From positions 10,106,001 to 10,170,000 of the forward strand of contig CM069174.1 in assembly GCA_035221665.1 (NCBI GenBank): a stretch of 64,000 nt of DNA. Direction: 5' to 3'. Positions 35,699-48,421 of this stretch are shown here, piece after piece. Within the stretch, counting starts at the first letter, position 1. Every line of letters starts with the position of its first letter. A program made the translations under genes and the position numbers. The notes under the pieces were generated by a model that was not told the DNA's origin, ran no database searches, and saw nothing but the letters and a program-made list of their open reading frames with translations. This DNA comes from Okamejei kenojei. Lineage: Eukaryota.

Positions 35699-38600
35699 GT
35701 CTTTAGTATAAAGTGTTTTTGCACCTGTGCCTATCTTTTCAATGTGGATGCAGAGCTGACACTGAGCTATAATCTCTGAGCTGCAAGAACATACTCGCCA
35801 CTTTGCGCACAGCAAGCAGTTAAGTGGCCTGTGAATTGAGGGATAAAACTGACCAGTACACCAGAACTCTTTGCAATTAATGCCATGGGATCTTTCACAG
35901 ACTGGGAGAAGAATTTGCCTTTGATGTTTAAGGCGGTGGTGTGGCTAGTTAAACAGTTGGTGACCTGAACGCCAGTTCTCCCCAAATTCTGGTGACCACA
36001 AAAATTGTGGATTGAGTAAATAACTGAAATTGTCCAGTGTTTTGCTGGATCATTGCCAGCATGCAGCGCAGGTACACGACTCTCCCAAAGTGAAGAAGTT
36101 AAATAGTTCTGCACGTTGAATGGTTTTACCAGCTGTAATTGGAGCTGGAATGCTATCTCCATTGTAAAGAATGCAAGTGTGACATTTTTACACAAGTGCA
36201 CCGTATCACTCAATTGCATGACCAATCATTTACTAATCTCAAGGTTAACGTTTTCTGCTTGAAATATTTGCATTCCAGAAAGTTTGACAATGCAGTTGAT
36301 ACAACGTGGCTGAACTTCAAGTTGTTACAGAGAAAACTTGTCTTGACGTGCGGCGGGTGGAACACTAAACTGGAATTGTTCATGCACTCTGGTGCCTGCC
36401 AGAATGCACTCTGGTGCCTCTCCCATAGACATTTGGAGTGACAAAAAATATTCTGAAGCAAGCTGCCTTGAATGGTGTCCGTTTGTTGCATTTTTAACTT
36501 GCTTTGATAATTAATAACAGTGTACGGATCACCAGGAAACCTGGGGGGGAGAAAGGCCCAGGATATTTGTCATTTCTTTCCTACTGCAGAATTGGAATGC
36601 TTGGCAAACTCTCAAAATACCTCATTGGTAGTATTCAAAAGACAATCCTTCCCCATTTTCTCTCTCTCCCCCTCTAACACTGAGAACTGGGCTGGAACTA
36701 CATTCACGAGACACACGTTTGCTTGCCTCCTTACTGTTGTCTCTAACCCAGTGTGAGCAAGTCACACGAGCCAAGCATCCGAATTGCTGGAAGGAGTCAT
36801 TGTAATGTTGAGCCATCAAAGGAAGTCAGAAAGATGCACTAACATCATTTTATTTAATATTTATGACATGACTAATCATTACAAGCTTAAGCATTGAGAA
36901 TTACATTAACAGCTTTACCCTTTTTTGAAATCCAGAGATGCTCAGTGTGTCTCAGTCATCGCTAGGTTAATTTGTGTTTTGGAGCATGTTCATAGCTCCG
37001 TATAGATTTGCAAAGTTTTGAATACAGTCCATATTCAATGTCAATGGTTTTCAGCACTATCTTTAAGGAATGTAATAAATCCTCGTCTTCTGGCTGATGT
37101 TTGTGCTGAGATATTCTGATTCTCCTCTGGAAACATTTTGTCGGTTTTTCTTTGGTTGTCACCAGCTTCTCTGAACTCAACTTGGAGAATTTCTTTCTCA
37201 TTCTATGCTATTGGCTCTCTCAAAGAATCTTTAAGCAAAATGTTGATCTGTTTGGTTGGTTTTAATTTCAATTCAACTATTCGTTGTTCAAGATTCGTAA
37301 ATCTTTCTTCTTCAGGCTCTAACTTTTTTAATGGTCTACCTTTTTCGAGGAAGCTTCCTGTCACTTGGAACCATTTACATCTTGCAAATCCTCCTCTTCT
37401 ATATTATCCTTGTTTTTACATCTGACACACACGTGACCAAATGAGGAATAACTACCACATCAACCTTACATTGTGTGCAACGGTTTCTGATGCACAGTTG
37501 GTGTCTGCGATACCCAGTCTTTGATCTGTCATTAGATGGGTGTTCCTGTGGTTTCTGATACAATACTTGGTGTCTCAGTCACCAATTGTGTATCCCGGTC
37601 ATTCAAATGGTTCTCCTGTGATTTCTGTTGCAAGATCTTCTTGTGCTCTGTTGCTTCACCACTGTCTTGAGATCCCGTTCAGACCAAGCTGAACCAGGGC
37701 CATCTCTGTTGATCTTCTGGTAAATCTTGAGTTTACAGATCTTAATCTGGCTTTGGGAAACTTGGAGATTGCTTTGTTGAATATCTGTGGTATTTTAGAG
37801 CAAGGTGGGGGCACTGGTAACTCTCCTGTCTCTCGGACTCCATATAATGGCCTGCACTTCCTGGCAATTCAAATGAACACTGCCCAAGCCAATCTATTTG
37901 CGCTTGTTATTTCTTAATTTGATGAGCCTGGAAGTTTGGCATTATTTGCACTGTTGATAGTGGCTGAATTCTTTATGATAATCCTATTAACCGCAGTAGC
38001 CGTGCTTTTCTCAATTGATGAAAAATACCAAGCACAGAGAATGAAGCTTGAATTTAGCGCCTTTAGCTTTGCGTCCTCAGTGTCCCAAAGTGCTTTTCAA
38101 TCAACAACTTGCCTTTTTCACTAAAGTGTGTTTCATCATTTTGTAGATGTGTGGCAGCCAGTTTGCGCACATTAGGGTTCACGAGCAATAAATGAGTAGC
38201 CAGATGATGCATTACGACCCGTGTAGGTTAGGATGGGATTAATGACCAAGCACAGAGTAGTGTGTGTGTGTGTGGAGTGGGAATGGACCACCCTACTCTT
38301 CAGATAGATTTATGTCCACTTGTGCAGCAGGCAGAGTCTTCAATGCATCATATTATCCCCAAGACAATGTCTCCAGCAACGTGGTACTGCCTCAGTGCTG
38401 TTCTGTAAAGTTGACCAGGTTTGCAGTTGGGCGTGAGTCTGACTGACTGAGCCAAAGCTGATGCTTGCCACACACATGTACACTCAGTAACCAACACTGG
38501 GCTTCTGAACATTGCACTGAGAGGCTGGGCTCAGACTGTCGGTATAACTGCAAAATGGTGGTGCCCGAGTGCAGCAGGAGCTGCGATGGTCCTTGATCAC

Positions 38601-38884
38601 AACTTTAACCAAGTGAGAATGTAATGAAGTAGTGCAGAGACGAGGAACAATTGGATTGTGGTTGCTTTACTTGTGACAGTTTCAGAATGTAGGAGCGGGA
38701 GCAAACAAATCATCAACTGCTTCTCAACTCCCACCGATTCACAAAAGCTCTTTCTATGGTACAAAGTGCTCAGTACACTACAGTTGTCTTTTCCAACACA
38801 TCCAATCTAATGTTTTATTTTAAAAAGATGCATCTTTTCAATTGATTTCCTGGGAGGAAAATCCTCATTCTGAAAGCCAGTTGT

Positions 38885-39620
38885 TTGGAGAGGGTTAAAT
38901 GATTAGCAACCAGGAGATCCCATAGGCCATCGGACCGAATGTAAGTGTTCAGCAGCAAAACAGTCACTGAGTCTGTCTGGTCTCGCCGATGTACAGGAAC
39001 CCACATCGGGAACACTGGATGTAGTCAATGAGTTGAGGTGGCACATGTGAACCTCATCTGAAGGACTGTCAGTGTCCCTGGATGGAGTTGAGGGAGGAGC
39101 TATAACGTCGGGTGTTGCATCTCCTGTGATTGCAGGGGAAAGTACCTGGGGAGGTGGTGGTTTGGGTGCCAAGGGATGAGCGAACCAATGAGTTGCGGAG
39201 GGAACGGGTCTCTGTGGAAAGATGAGTGTGGATACGAAGATGTGATTAGTGGTGGGATCCCATATTAGGTAATGGAAATGTCAGAGGATAATGTGTTGGA
39301 TGTGGAAGCTGGTGGGGTGGAAGGTGAGGACCAGGGGAACTTTGTGGCGTCTGGAAGGGAAGTGGAGCAAGAGCAGAATGATGGGGCACAGAAGAGACAC
39401 GAGTGAAGCCCCATGTATGAGAGAAGGGGAACCCACGTTCCCTGAAGGATGATATCTCTGATGTGCTGGTATGGCAGACCTCATCTTGGGAGCAGAGAGG
39501 AATTGAGAGCAGGGAATAGCATCTTTGCAAGAGGCAGGGTGGGAAGAAGTGTAGACCAGATAACTGGGAGTCGGTAGGTTTGTAATATACATCTGTTGAT
39601 AGTCTTGTCTCCTGTGATGG
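38885..39620 (-). mobile_element. Decayed Penelope-like element ORF (RT C-terminus plus GIY-YIG endonuclease)
   Basis: Frameshifted peptides YTSSHPASCKDAIPCSQFL, VPLVLTFHPTS, YIQCSRCGFLYIGETR (YIG motif), AEHLHSVR and LVANH. Confidence 0.85.
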
Positions 39621-40034
39621 AGAGAGGGAAAGAGAGCAGCCCAGATTAAAACAGCCTAGCTTTAACCTTGCTTGCTGCTCACTTTCTGGATTGAAGAACC
39701 GAGTGAACGTGTACTTTTCTTTTAATTGAGAAGTGGCATCTCTCTCCTGGCTGCTGTTCCCATGGCGGGACTGTCATCTACTCTTTAAGACTATCTAACC
39801 AGGATCTACTTACTTGGCCTGGGTCCAGGAGTGAGTGTAACTGGAGTTTGAATAATGAGTAATGTTGGAGCTGAAATATTTCCACAGAAATCTGACGCAG
39901 ACTGCCACCGCTGCATGGATTAACCTTGCCCCACCGGGGGTCTGAGGGTTAGATGACAAATTGATCCAGCACCATATAAACCTGGTACTGTGAATGGTTG
40001 CATGGAATAGCACAAGTGAACTGGCTGGCTAAAT

Positions 40035-40040
40035 TTTATT
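40035..40040 (-). terminator. Candidate poly(A) signal of the kinase gene (3' UTR about 3.3 kb)
   Basis: AATAAA on the - strand at the end of an AT-rich, UTR-like stretch (40040-40400). Other AATAAA/ATTAAA candidates exist, for example near 40805 and 43135. Confidence 0.4.
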
Positions 40041-43000
40041 TGAAAAAGACACAACTGTGTACCTGTTACACCCATAGGGAGAGCTTCGTCAGTAGGCAAC
40101 AAGTTGGTTACTGGTACATTCTACAATGTTGAACAAAAAATAATTTGCAAAATGGTGGAATCCTTTCACAATTCTTCACATTCACATCAAATGTTTAAAT
40201 AAAATATTCGTCACCATTTCGGCAATCTTCCATGAAGAGGATACAGTATATCCAGTAACCATGGGATATAAACAGCAGCAGCATTTATACACTGAAACCC
40301 GTATACTAATAAATCCTTACAATGCTTCACACTCCTCCACAACCAGGTAAATCCTTTGCACAAAGCAGTAATACAAGGCACTTTCCTAGGTCATGTGCAC
40401 TTCCTGGTCTCTGAACAGAACTTGTTTCCCCTTCTGTGCTTGGTCCTAAAATAATTTGCTAGGGTTGCAGTATTTTGCCAAATCCAACCACTCCTGTGTC
40501 TGTGGGATTGGGACTGAGGAACATCACCGTACCGTCATCTGCAGGGAGGTCATCGACCTGAAGCGCCAACTCTTTCCACCTGCTATGTTTAACCTTTTCA
40601 TCGCTGGTATTCAAGACCTGTCCCAGTGCCAGAAAACTGGCTATTGCACATCTGTGATTAGAATAAAGAGTGGTGCCCACTTTAAACTGGATGCCAACAA
40701 CTGGCATGCCCTACCCAGAGTCTGTGTCCCACTTTGTGAATTTGCATGCTCTTAGAATGGCACTGTGACCCCCAGATAACTCAACCCGAGTTCTACCAAA
40801 CCCCTTTATTATTTTTAATATATATTTATATATATATTTTTTTTTTAACTCTTCCCCTACCAACCCACAAACAACATTTTTCTCTCTGCTCTTTATCCAC
40901 AATTTATGGAAGGGGTTCTCCTCTCTGCTTGGTTAAGTTGCCATTTTTCTTTCTCTGCTCCAACTTGGCAAGCTGACTGACTCTGGCAACCAGGCTGGGG
41001 ACTGAGCTTGGCGGGAGAGGAGAACCATTCAATCCCCACTACCCTGCGGTGTGACGCTGTAGCTTCAGTCGCAATGGACCATGTTTCAGATATTATCCTG
41101 AATGCTGGGTGGAGATCACAGCGAGAAGTGTTTTCCTTTGCCCTGATATGTTGGGGGCCACTTTAATCCACTCAGCGTGGCTGAAGGCAGTGAAACTGGG
41201 AACACATCTTACCGGCCTCGAGCTCTCCTTCACCAAGTGCAGCAGGCCCTCTGCCACTGATTGGTATCACATTTATTTGGTTCAGTGGAACAGCCTCGTC
41301 TGTTGACCTCTGGTTGCCTTAGCTCTCCCTTGACTGATTTCTGAGAGTATAGTGGAGCAGAGCAAGACCTAGGAGCTTCTAAAGGTCCATTTTTCTACGT
41401 TATGTTGTCAGGGTTCACAGCTTCCACTACCCGAGTTGTCCAGGTCAACTGGTCCTATCAATCTTTGGTTTTTCAGGAGGAGCAGCTCTCATCTTCCTCC
41501 CTCTACCCCCTTCCCCTTCCAAATGAGAAGCAGCCACTTTCTACCCCTGGAATTTGAGGCTGGAGTTGGCGTCAAACCCACAAGTGTTCAGCTTCAAATC
41601 TTTGCAAGGGCAAGACTCCAGGGACAGAGAAGAGGACGGGCTGGAGCTACCCAGGGACTCTGCTTCACTCCAGGGGAACATTGCCTACAGGCATCCTTGC
41701 AATTTGCAATTAATTCTGCTTCTAACCAACATGGGCAGCCCACTGTTCCCCACCACCACACTCTTCCCCCAATATATAATAGCCATGGCTAAGTGCAAAC
41801 TAAGTACTCAAATTCGTGCTGCCTAAATTCAAGTCTAATCCAGAGAGGCACTGCTTATTTGCTATTCCTATTGTTCTATGCTTTAGAGAATCTCTCACTA
41901 ACTGGCATACAAATTGTGGCTGGACTGAAGCCAACACACTATGATTCAAGGATCTGGGTGATAGAAATCTGTGTGCTTTAGGGAATGCCCCAATCCTAGA
42001 ATGAAAGACTTGTCGAATGGGTCTGTCGCTTCCCACAAACCCCCCAGCAACTTTTTTTTTTCCCCAAAACATTTAGATTGTATCTGCATCTTATCATTCA
42101 GCAGAGAAAGATCAGCCTGTGAGCTCCACTCCCCTGCACCTTCCTGCCATTGCATTATGCCACGGAAAAGCCTCCTTTCATTTACCCGGTATCTGCAAGC
42201 TCACACGCAGATGGGAGTCAGACTAACTTCCAGGCTGAACAGCAGGCACAGCCGTGTGTTTCTAGATATGAGAAATATTCTCTGCTTTAATGGTGAGCTG
42301 CTTAACATTGCGAGGGGAAGCTCGAGGAGAAATTATCCTTAAATTCAGCCACATCCCACTGAACTACCAGACTGCCCAGGCTTGCATCCGACCACACATC
42401 ATCTGCAAACTAGGATGCATCACCCATGGTCAGACATGACCGAGGGGGGCCGACTACCGGGCTGCCCAATCCTGAAGGGCCATGGCACGCACCGTCCACC
42501 CAACACTCCTGACCTTCATCACAGGGTTCATACTGGGACAAACACTGGCACAGGGTCAGGTTTTGTACTGAAAACATCTGGCTTGCAAGAAGCAGATGTT
42601 TGTTAAGGATGAGAAAGGCCCTCTGCTCTAACCAGTCAGATAAGGATCCAACCATATGGTATATTTTGTAACTACCTCACCCATAACAATCCTTCCACAC
42701 ACACACTGCTCTCACTCGCCTGGTCATCTCTGCAAGAGACTGGCCATTTCTAACAGTAGTTCTGTAATCTTCCTATATTGCCACTGACTCAATTCTCCTA
42801 TTTTTAATTGGTGACTGAGTTCTGAGGGCATGAGAATGGTTAAGCCACACTGAATAATCTCACTGCTGAGAATGTATCAAAGTATAATACCAACTGGTAC
42901 TGCAGCATTTGTATATCTACCTTAAGGAAAATTAAGCCCCAAAAACAATTTTCAAATGCCAATTCTGGGCAGGACAAGAGGGTGTGATTGCTCTAAACCC

Positions 43001-43354
43001 AGAGGGGGAATTTTAATAATAAAAATGAAATGACCTGAGTACAGTCCTTTTCCAAGACCTTTTCTTACCCTAATGCTGAACCTAGACTGCAAGAGGGAGG
43101 GGAATGAACTTGCCTCTATTTTATAATACCGCAATTTAATTAAGACACTTGACTCTATTCAAGGAGGCATAAGCCCATTGCATATGGCTAAGAACTTGGA
43201 GCAGATTCTAGTGCTAGGTCTACTACATTGATAGTTGAAGCATGAGAATTAAACAGAATCATATAAAGTGCTCTTGGGGAAGGGCTGGGGAGGTTCAGGT
43301 CGTGTTGATAGAGGCGTCCCAGAATTCTTTGGTACCGCTTTCTGAGCAGGATTG

Positions 43355-43426
43355 TCATCTCATGCTGAGCTGTGCAAATCCAATGAGTTTGGTTTCGTCT
43401 GGGCTGTAACCCTCACAGCCAGAGAC
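43355..43426 (-). CDS. STK39-like: SPAK/OSR1-family kinase last coding exon with stop
   Basis: [23 protein letters not shown] matches the family C-terminus KLIGFAQLS; ttctcctcgCAG acceptor; TGA at 43355-43357. Confidence 0.94.
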   Translation of the reverse strand, partial: [23 protein letters not shown]

Positions 43427-44000
43427 CTGCGAGGAGAACGAGGGGCGGAGAGTGAGCTTCTGGCTGACATTCCCTTCCACCCCGTTACTGAGCAGTCAAT
43501 GTGCACAACTAGATAGCAAGTGTGGAGAGAGGGGGTGGTTTGGCTACAATGGTCCCGAGTGTAGAGTTAGAATGGCGAATCCATCAAATCCATAAACTCC
43601 ATGAAACCGAGAGCAACCTTGGGATTTCCACAGGTACGTCCTTGAATGCGGAAATCTCAAGGTTCCTGTCACTGACTCGGCTCCGCACTCCACAGTTTGG
43701 CCTGAGTCTGAAGAATTAGTGGAATTTAGTCCTGCAGTTAAATACTCTGACAAGGTTGGGCTTTGATGCCGAGATCTAAGTGAGTTTTTAGTGTCACACT
43801 GAACTGTAATTAGTGGTTAACATACACTGACTGCTCTTACATTTTGTCTGTTGCTTGTAATTTCCTTAGATAAACATTTCAAAATATAATCTTTACAAAT
43901 TTAAATTCTTTGATATTTCCAAAATGTATTTTCATCCAAGGCGTTTGCCTCGACCTTTGCGCTTGGGTTTGCTGCTTGTGAGAACTCTTTCACATGCTTA

Positions 44001-44304
44001 TGCCCCTGTCCCACTTCGGAAACCTGAACGGAAACCTCTGGAGACGTAGAAAACCTGAACGGAAACCTCTGGAGATTTTGCGCCCCACCCAAGGTTTCCG
44101 TGCGGTTCCCGGTGGTTTTTGTCCTCCGGCAACCACCTTCAACTAGCATCGCAACCGGCTTTGACAAAAAAATTACTAATTTTTAAAACGGAAACCACTT
44201 TCGACCATTAGGGAGACTGACAAAAACCTCCGGGAACCGCACGGAAACCTTGGGTGGGGCGCAAAATCTCCAGAGGTTTCCGTTCAGGTTTCCTAAGTGG
44301 GACA
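44001..44304. mobile_element. MITE, PIF/Harbinger-like, with long inverted arms
   Basis: tgcccctgtcccactt...aagtgggaca with TTA on both sides; arms of about 100 bp are mutually inverted; same family as 55720-55934. Confidence 0.8.
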
Positions 44305-45877
44305 TTATTTGCCCAGCCAGCCTGACGACACCATGATTGTCGAGTGCCCGGCCATCCTCTTGTAGAGGTGCCTGGCGGCAGCAGAGGCTGGTTCAAGGGG
44401 AGAGTCCGTGCCCGAGAGACCAGGTCAGCCTCCTTTGAACTCTGCCGTGAGGTGATGCCGCTTGCTGCTTAGTACAAAGTCGGGGTTGCATTTTCTTTAA
44501 AGAACCAGGTCACAATTCTAAGGTGGGGTGGATGTGGATGGGTCAGTGTGAAGAACTGAACTTAGTTTTTACATCATTCATACCAGGGGCTTTCCAACAA
44601 GGTTGCTTCTCTGGCTCTGCAATGTGATCCACAATGATCACACACTGGGCGTTATCCCGAGAGAAAAGCCATTCAAACCACCTCCGTTCAGGATCGTTTT
44701 TAATCTTGCTTTCGAGAATGGATATATTTTACAACTTTGAACACTTGAAGCCGAGCACATTTTACCCTCATGATTCTGGATAGAATTCTGTCACGCATTG
44801 AAAGTTTGGTAGTTAAAATTGGCAAGAGGTGAACGAACCTGTGAAAGGGTGGGAGAGGGGTCAGGCAGTGTGATATATCCCAATTTAACCATGAGTCTGA
44901 GTCTGTCACATCCAGATCCCACTCTGCTCCTTTCCACTGATGCCAACTACCCCATGGCCTCAGAGATTGTGAAGCTGTGTTGCCTTGAACTTTAAGATGG
45001 TTCTGAGGGTACCCAGTCATGCCAATTTTGACCCTTCCAAGTAGTCACGAGCTCCTCATTCCTTGAGTCTGGGCTGAACCCAAAACCTGAAGCCATTGCA
45101 TTAATAATACAAAATACTCGGTGCTCAGGGTATGCGTTGGTTCCTCCAACCCAGCATCGAGATTTTGTTTCAAGGAGACCTGATGTACAGTCCTGCTAGG
45201 CTTTCTATCAATGCACAGGCCAGTAAGACAATAATACATCCAGCCAAGCAACATCCTGAGTGTAGGAAATAATACCACCAACCACCATAAAATGGAGCAG
45301 GAGGAATTCAAGAGGTGATCGATTGAAAGGGAATTCTGAAGGTAGCAAGAGGGGAAGGATTTGGCGAGTGGGTTCTAGAGGAAAGAGATGAAATGCAAAT
45401 CAGTAGTTGGTGAGGAGAGGGCAGGAAGGTGGAGCGGTGTTGGTACAAAGTCAGACGAGTGTGACAAACAGGAGCTGAACAAAGTTGTGGACGTGAGAGA
45501 CCGGACCAATGTCCGTACCTCTCTTGCTAATCCTGGAATAGCAACAGACATCTGGGTACAAAATTGTTTTTGATAACTGGGCCACAGTCAGAGGGCGATT
45601 GGGAAGCATCCCCTAGAATTTGCAGTTCAAGTCAGTGTTCTGTGAAATAATCCAATCAGCTCTTTTGGGAACTATAAAGTGAACCATGCCTGGGTCCATG
45701 TACTTGGCCACTCAATATTACAGCGTGATTCATTCTCCAGTTTTAAAAACATCTGTCTGGCAAAAGTTGGGTAAAGAACAGCTGTTGGCAATCCATGAGA
45801 TTCTGCAAAACTGGTCGAAGAAACACTTTAAAATCTTTGAGAAGTTCCGAGATAGAGGTTTGTTTTGGTCTCCTTAC

Positions 45878-45942
45878 CAGTCTAAACGTGAGTGTCCTGT
45901 TCGAATGAGGGTCATCGATTAGTCTCTGCAGGTTGTTAGCCA
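45878..45942 (-). CDS. STK39-like: SPAK/OSR1-family kinase exon, CCT domain (65 nt)
   Basis: (V)[21 protein letters not shown]; phase 1 to 0; tttcttTAG acceptor, GTAAGG donor. Confidence 0.92.
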
Positions 45943-46960
45943 CTAAAGAAACAAGAGAAAGCAACGTTAGCAGGGAACAGGACCTTGTATCCTCCAGGTA
46001 TCGTGCAAGTAGGAATTCCATCATTGTGCTTGGGGACGTATAAAACTTGACTCTTGAGCTAATGAATGGGTTGGAGTGGTCTAATGCCCTCTCTGCAGCG
46101 TATTCAGAAGCAGCAGGGAAGGGAAACATAATCGTTTGATGCTTGATTTGCATATTGTTTTGCATATTTACGCACGCAGGCGGCGCCATGTTTTGACGCC
46201 ACTTCCAAAGTCCGGTCCGTCCACACGTTCTGTTACTGGACCGAACCCCCAATGTCCCGTAAAGGGGACTGCGAGCCCTCAGGGCTCCAGTGATGTCTCA
46301 GCTCTCTGTCGTCAGGCAAGATCATCAGCAAGTTGACCAGCCTGTGATGGATATTTATGCTCGCAACTCAGCAACACTTTGGTTGTGGGAGGTGAAAAGG
46401 CCATCAAGCACTGCAGAGCTATTCTGAGCAAAGTTGTGCCACATTTTCTGACCCACTCTCACCTGGGGCACACCCAGGCCCAACCGTTTGTTTCAATTGC
46501 TCGGTCACTGGATGTGGGTGCTGTTGACAGACAGCGTTTACTCCCCATCCCTCATTAACTGGCTCACTGCACCTTTTCAGTTAGGAGTTGATCACACTGC
46601 TCTGGGTCTGGAGTCACACGTGGGTCAGATCATGAAGGTGGCAAATTCCGTTCTCTAAAGGACACGGGTAAAAACCCTCGGGTTATCTGGAGGCTGGTGG
46701 CTTCATTATCGTTATTGAATGCCAATTTTCTTTACAAATAACAATTTACATTTCCCATCAGCTGTGGTGGGATCTGAACTCACTGCTCAGGAAATTATTA
46801 ATTCAGTCCTCTGAATTATATGCCCAACTGGTCTAAGGGAGAATCCTATCGATTTTCTTCTTGCTCACCAACATGGAGGTGCCAACACCAACATTATCCT
46901 GAATGCTGCTCTCGCCTATACATTCAGCTGGAAGTTGAATATGTTGCAATTGGAACTTAC

Positions 46961-47029
46961 CAACCAGCATGTCAAACTCGTCCACTAAACCTGCTGAAAC
47001 AAGTTCCTGAGAAACGCCGATGGCAGAGT
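46961..47029 (-). CDS. STK39-like: SPAK/OSR1-family kinase exon, CCT domain (69 nt)
   Basis: (D)[22 protein letters not shown]; phase 1 to 1; ccctgCAG acceptor, GTAAGT donor. Confidence 0.93.
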
Positions 47030-47626
47030 CTGCAGGGACAGATGTTTGAAATGAGCTCCAGCATGAAACAGTGTGAAATAGTTTCTAGCACAAATTAGGA
47101 CAGCAGCAGCCTGAAGCTCAAACTTGGCAATCATAGTGCCGTGCAGCACAGAAACAGGCTCTTCAGCCCACCTTGTCCACGCCAACCGAGTTGGCATTCT
47201 GCACTTGTGCCTTTTGCCTGGCCCCTATCCCTCCAAGTGTAAACCCTTCCTATCCGTATCTGTCCAAATGTCTGTTAAACGTCATAATTGTATTGGCCTC
47301 TGTAGCTTCCTCTGGCAGGTCCTCCCAGATATGGACTGCCCTCTGTGTGAACATTCGGTCCTTGTCCATTAGACATTAAGGTCAGAAATACCTTTGGTCC
47401 CTCTGCAGTTAAAGCGAGCTGTTCTTAGAGTTGTCCACTGTTCCTCTCGAATAGTTTTTTTACTGTTCCCCGTCCCAGTTAGTCCTGCCCCATCACTAAC
47501 CAAGACAACACGCGGCTGACTTGGTGCTAGCATAAGCAGACAGCGTGGTTCTAGAAATGGATGCTAACAAACATCAATTCTCCAGCATCTAGTTGCTAAT
47601 TTAAAAAGGAACAAAGTGGGACTTAC

Positions 47627-47679
47627 CCCTGCCTGGAGTGAACTCAAATCTGATGTCATTCAACTGCCTTTGTAAATTC
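47627..47679 (-). CDS. STK39-like: SPAK/OSR1-family kinase exon, CCT domain (53 nt)
   Basis: [17 protein letters not shown]; phase 2 to 1; GTAAGT donor. Confidence 0.94.
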
Positions 47680-48005
47680 CTGTGCAAACAGTTAATACAA
47701 TATAAAATATTATATTGTTGAAAATCCTCCCCTTCTCCCAGTACCCCTGTTAATGTCTCGCACATGGGAGAACATTCAGTCGAGGAGGACTCTCCCTCCC
47801 TGTACACGACTCTCTCGGAGGATGACCTTGTCAACCTCCTTCAACTGCAGAGATGCTCTCCCACCAACATGCAAGCCTCTGCAATGGTGCTGCAGGCATG
47901 GCGGCACCAAGTGACAGTTGCTCCATTGCAACAGCTCATTCCGGAGATGGCCGGTGTGTGTAGGGATCCTGCTAAGACATTGAGCAGAGGCTGGATGTTG
48001 CTTAC

Positions 48006-48073
48006 CTCAATCGTAGAACAAGGAGAATAGGTCCACCCTGGTTCATCAGATGTGATGAACTTCCTGACGGCCC
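48006..48073 (-). CDS. STK39-like: SPAK/OSR1-family kinase exon, start of CCT domain (68 nt)
   Basis: GPSGSSSHLMNQGGPILLVLRLR, containing the LVLRLR strand of the CCT domain; phase 0 to 2; GTAAG donor. Confidence 0.9.
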
Positions 48074-48421
48074 CTGGCAAAATCAAAACAGCAAATGTTA
48101 ATTACAACTGGTATTGATTTATCATTGTCAAGTGGACTGAGATCCACTTTTGGTCAAACTCCAAGCCAGAGAAGGGACTGACCAGTAGTGCTGCAGGGAG
48201 ACTAGAGAAGCTGAGTTTGTTCAACTTGGAGCAGAGAACGCTAAAGAAGATTTGATGCTCAAAATTGAGGGAATTGGGTAGAGTAGACTGGGGAGAAACT
48301 ACTGCCACTGACTGAATGAAGATAACTGGTGCAGGCAAGATAATTATTTTTTTAATCTAGAGCACACTACCTCAAAGAGCTGTGGAAATAGATCCAATTA
48401 GATTTTTCAGATGGGAATTAG

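Noticed and set aside
39260-39269. Perfect CArG box CCATATTAGG (also at 58029-58038), of interest because EPLIN-alpha is SRF-regulated
   Set aside because: This copy lies inside a Penelope remnant and the other is an isolated intronic hit far from the LIMA1 promoter. Such hits are expected by chance.
40459-40707. Protein-like 82-aa minus-strand ORF
   Set aside because: No recognisable domain, a non-diagnostic length, and it probably lies within the kinase 3' UTR.
35700-43350. A B3GALT1-like gene expected here by analogy with XIRP2-B3GALT1-STK39
   Set aside because: No roughly 1-kb ORF or galactosyltransferase motif (IRxTWG, KTDxD, EDVYVG) was visible. A TBLASTN search would be needed to exclude a remnant.
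43544-43753. ORF ending GFDGFAILTLHSGPL as the kinase's last exon
   Set aside because: The true terminal exon (43355-43426, [11 protein letters not shown]) matches the family far better.
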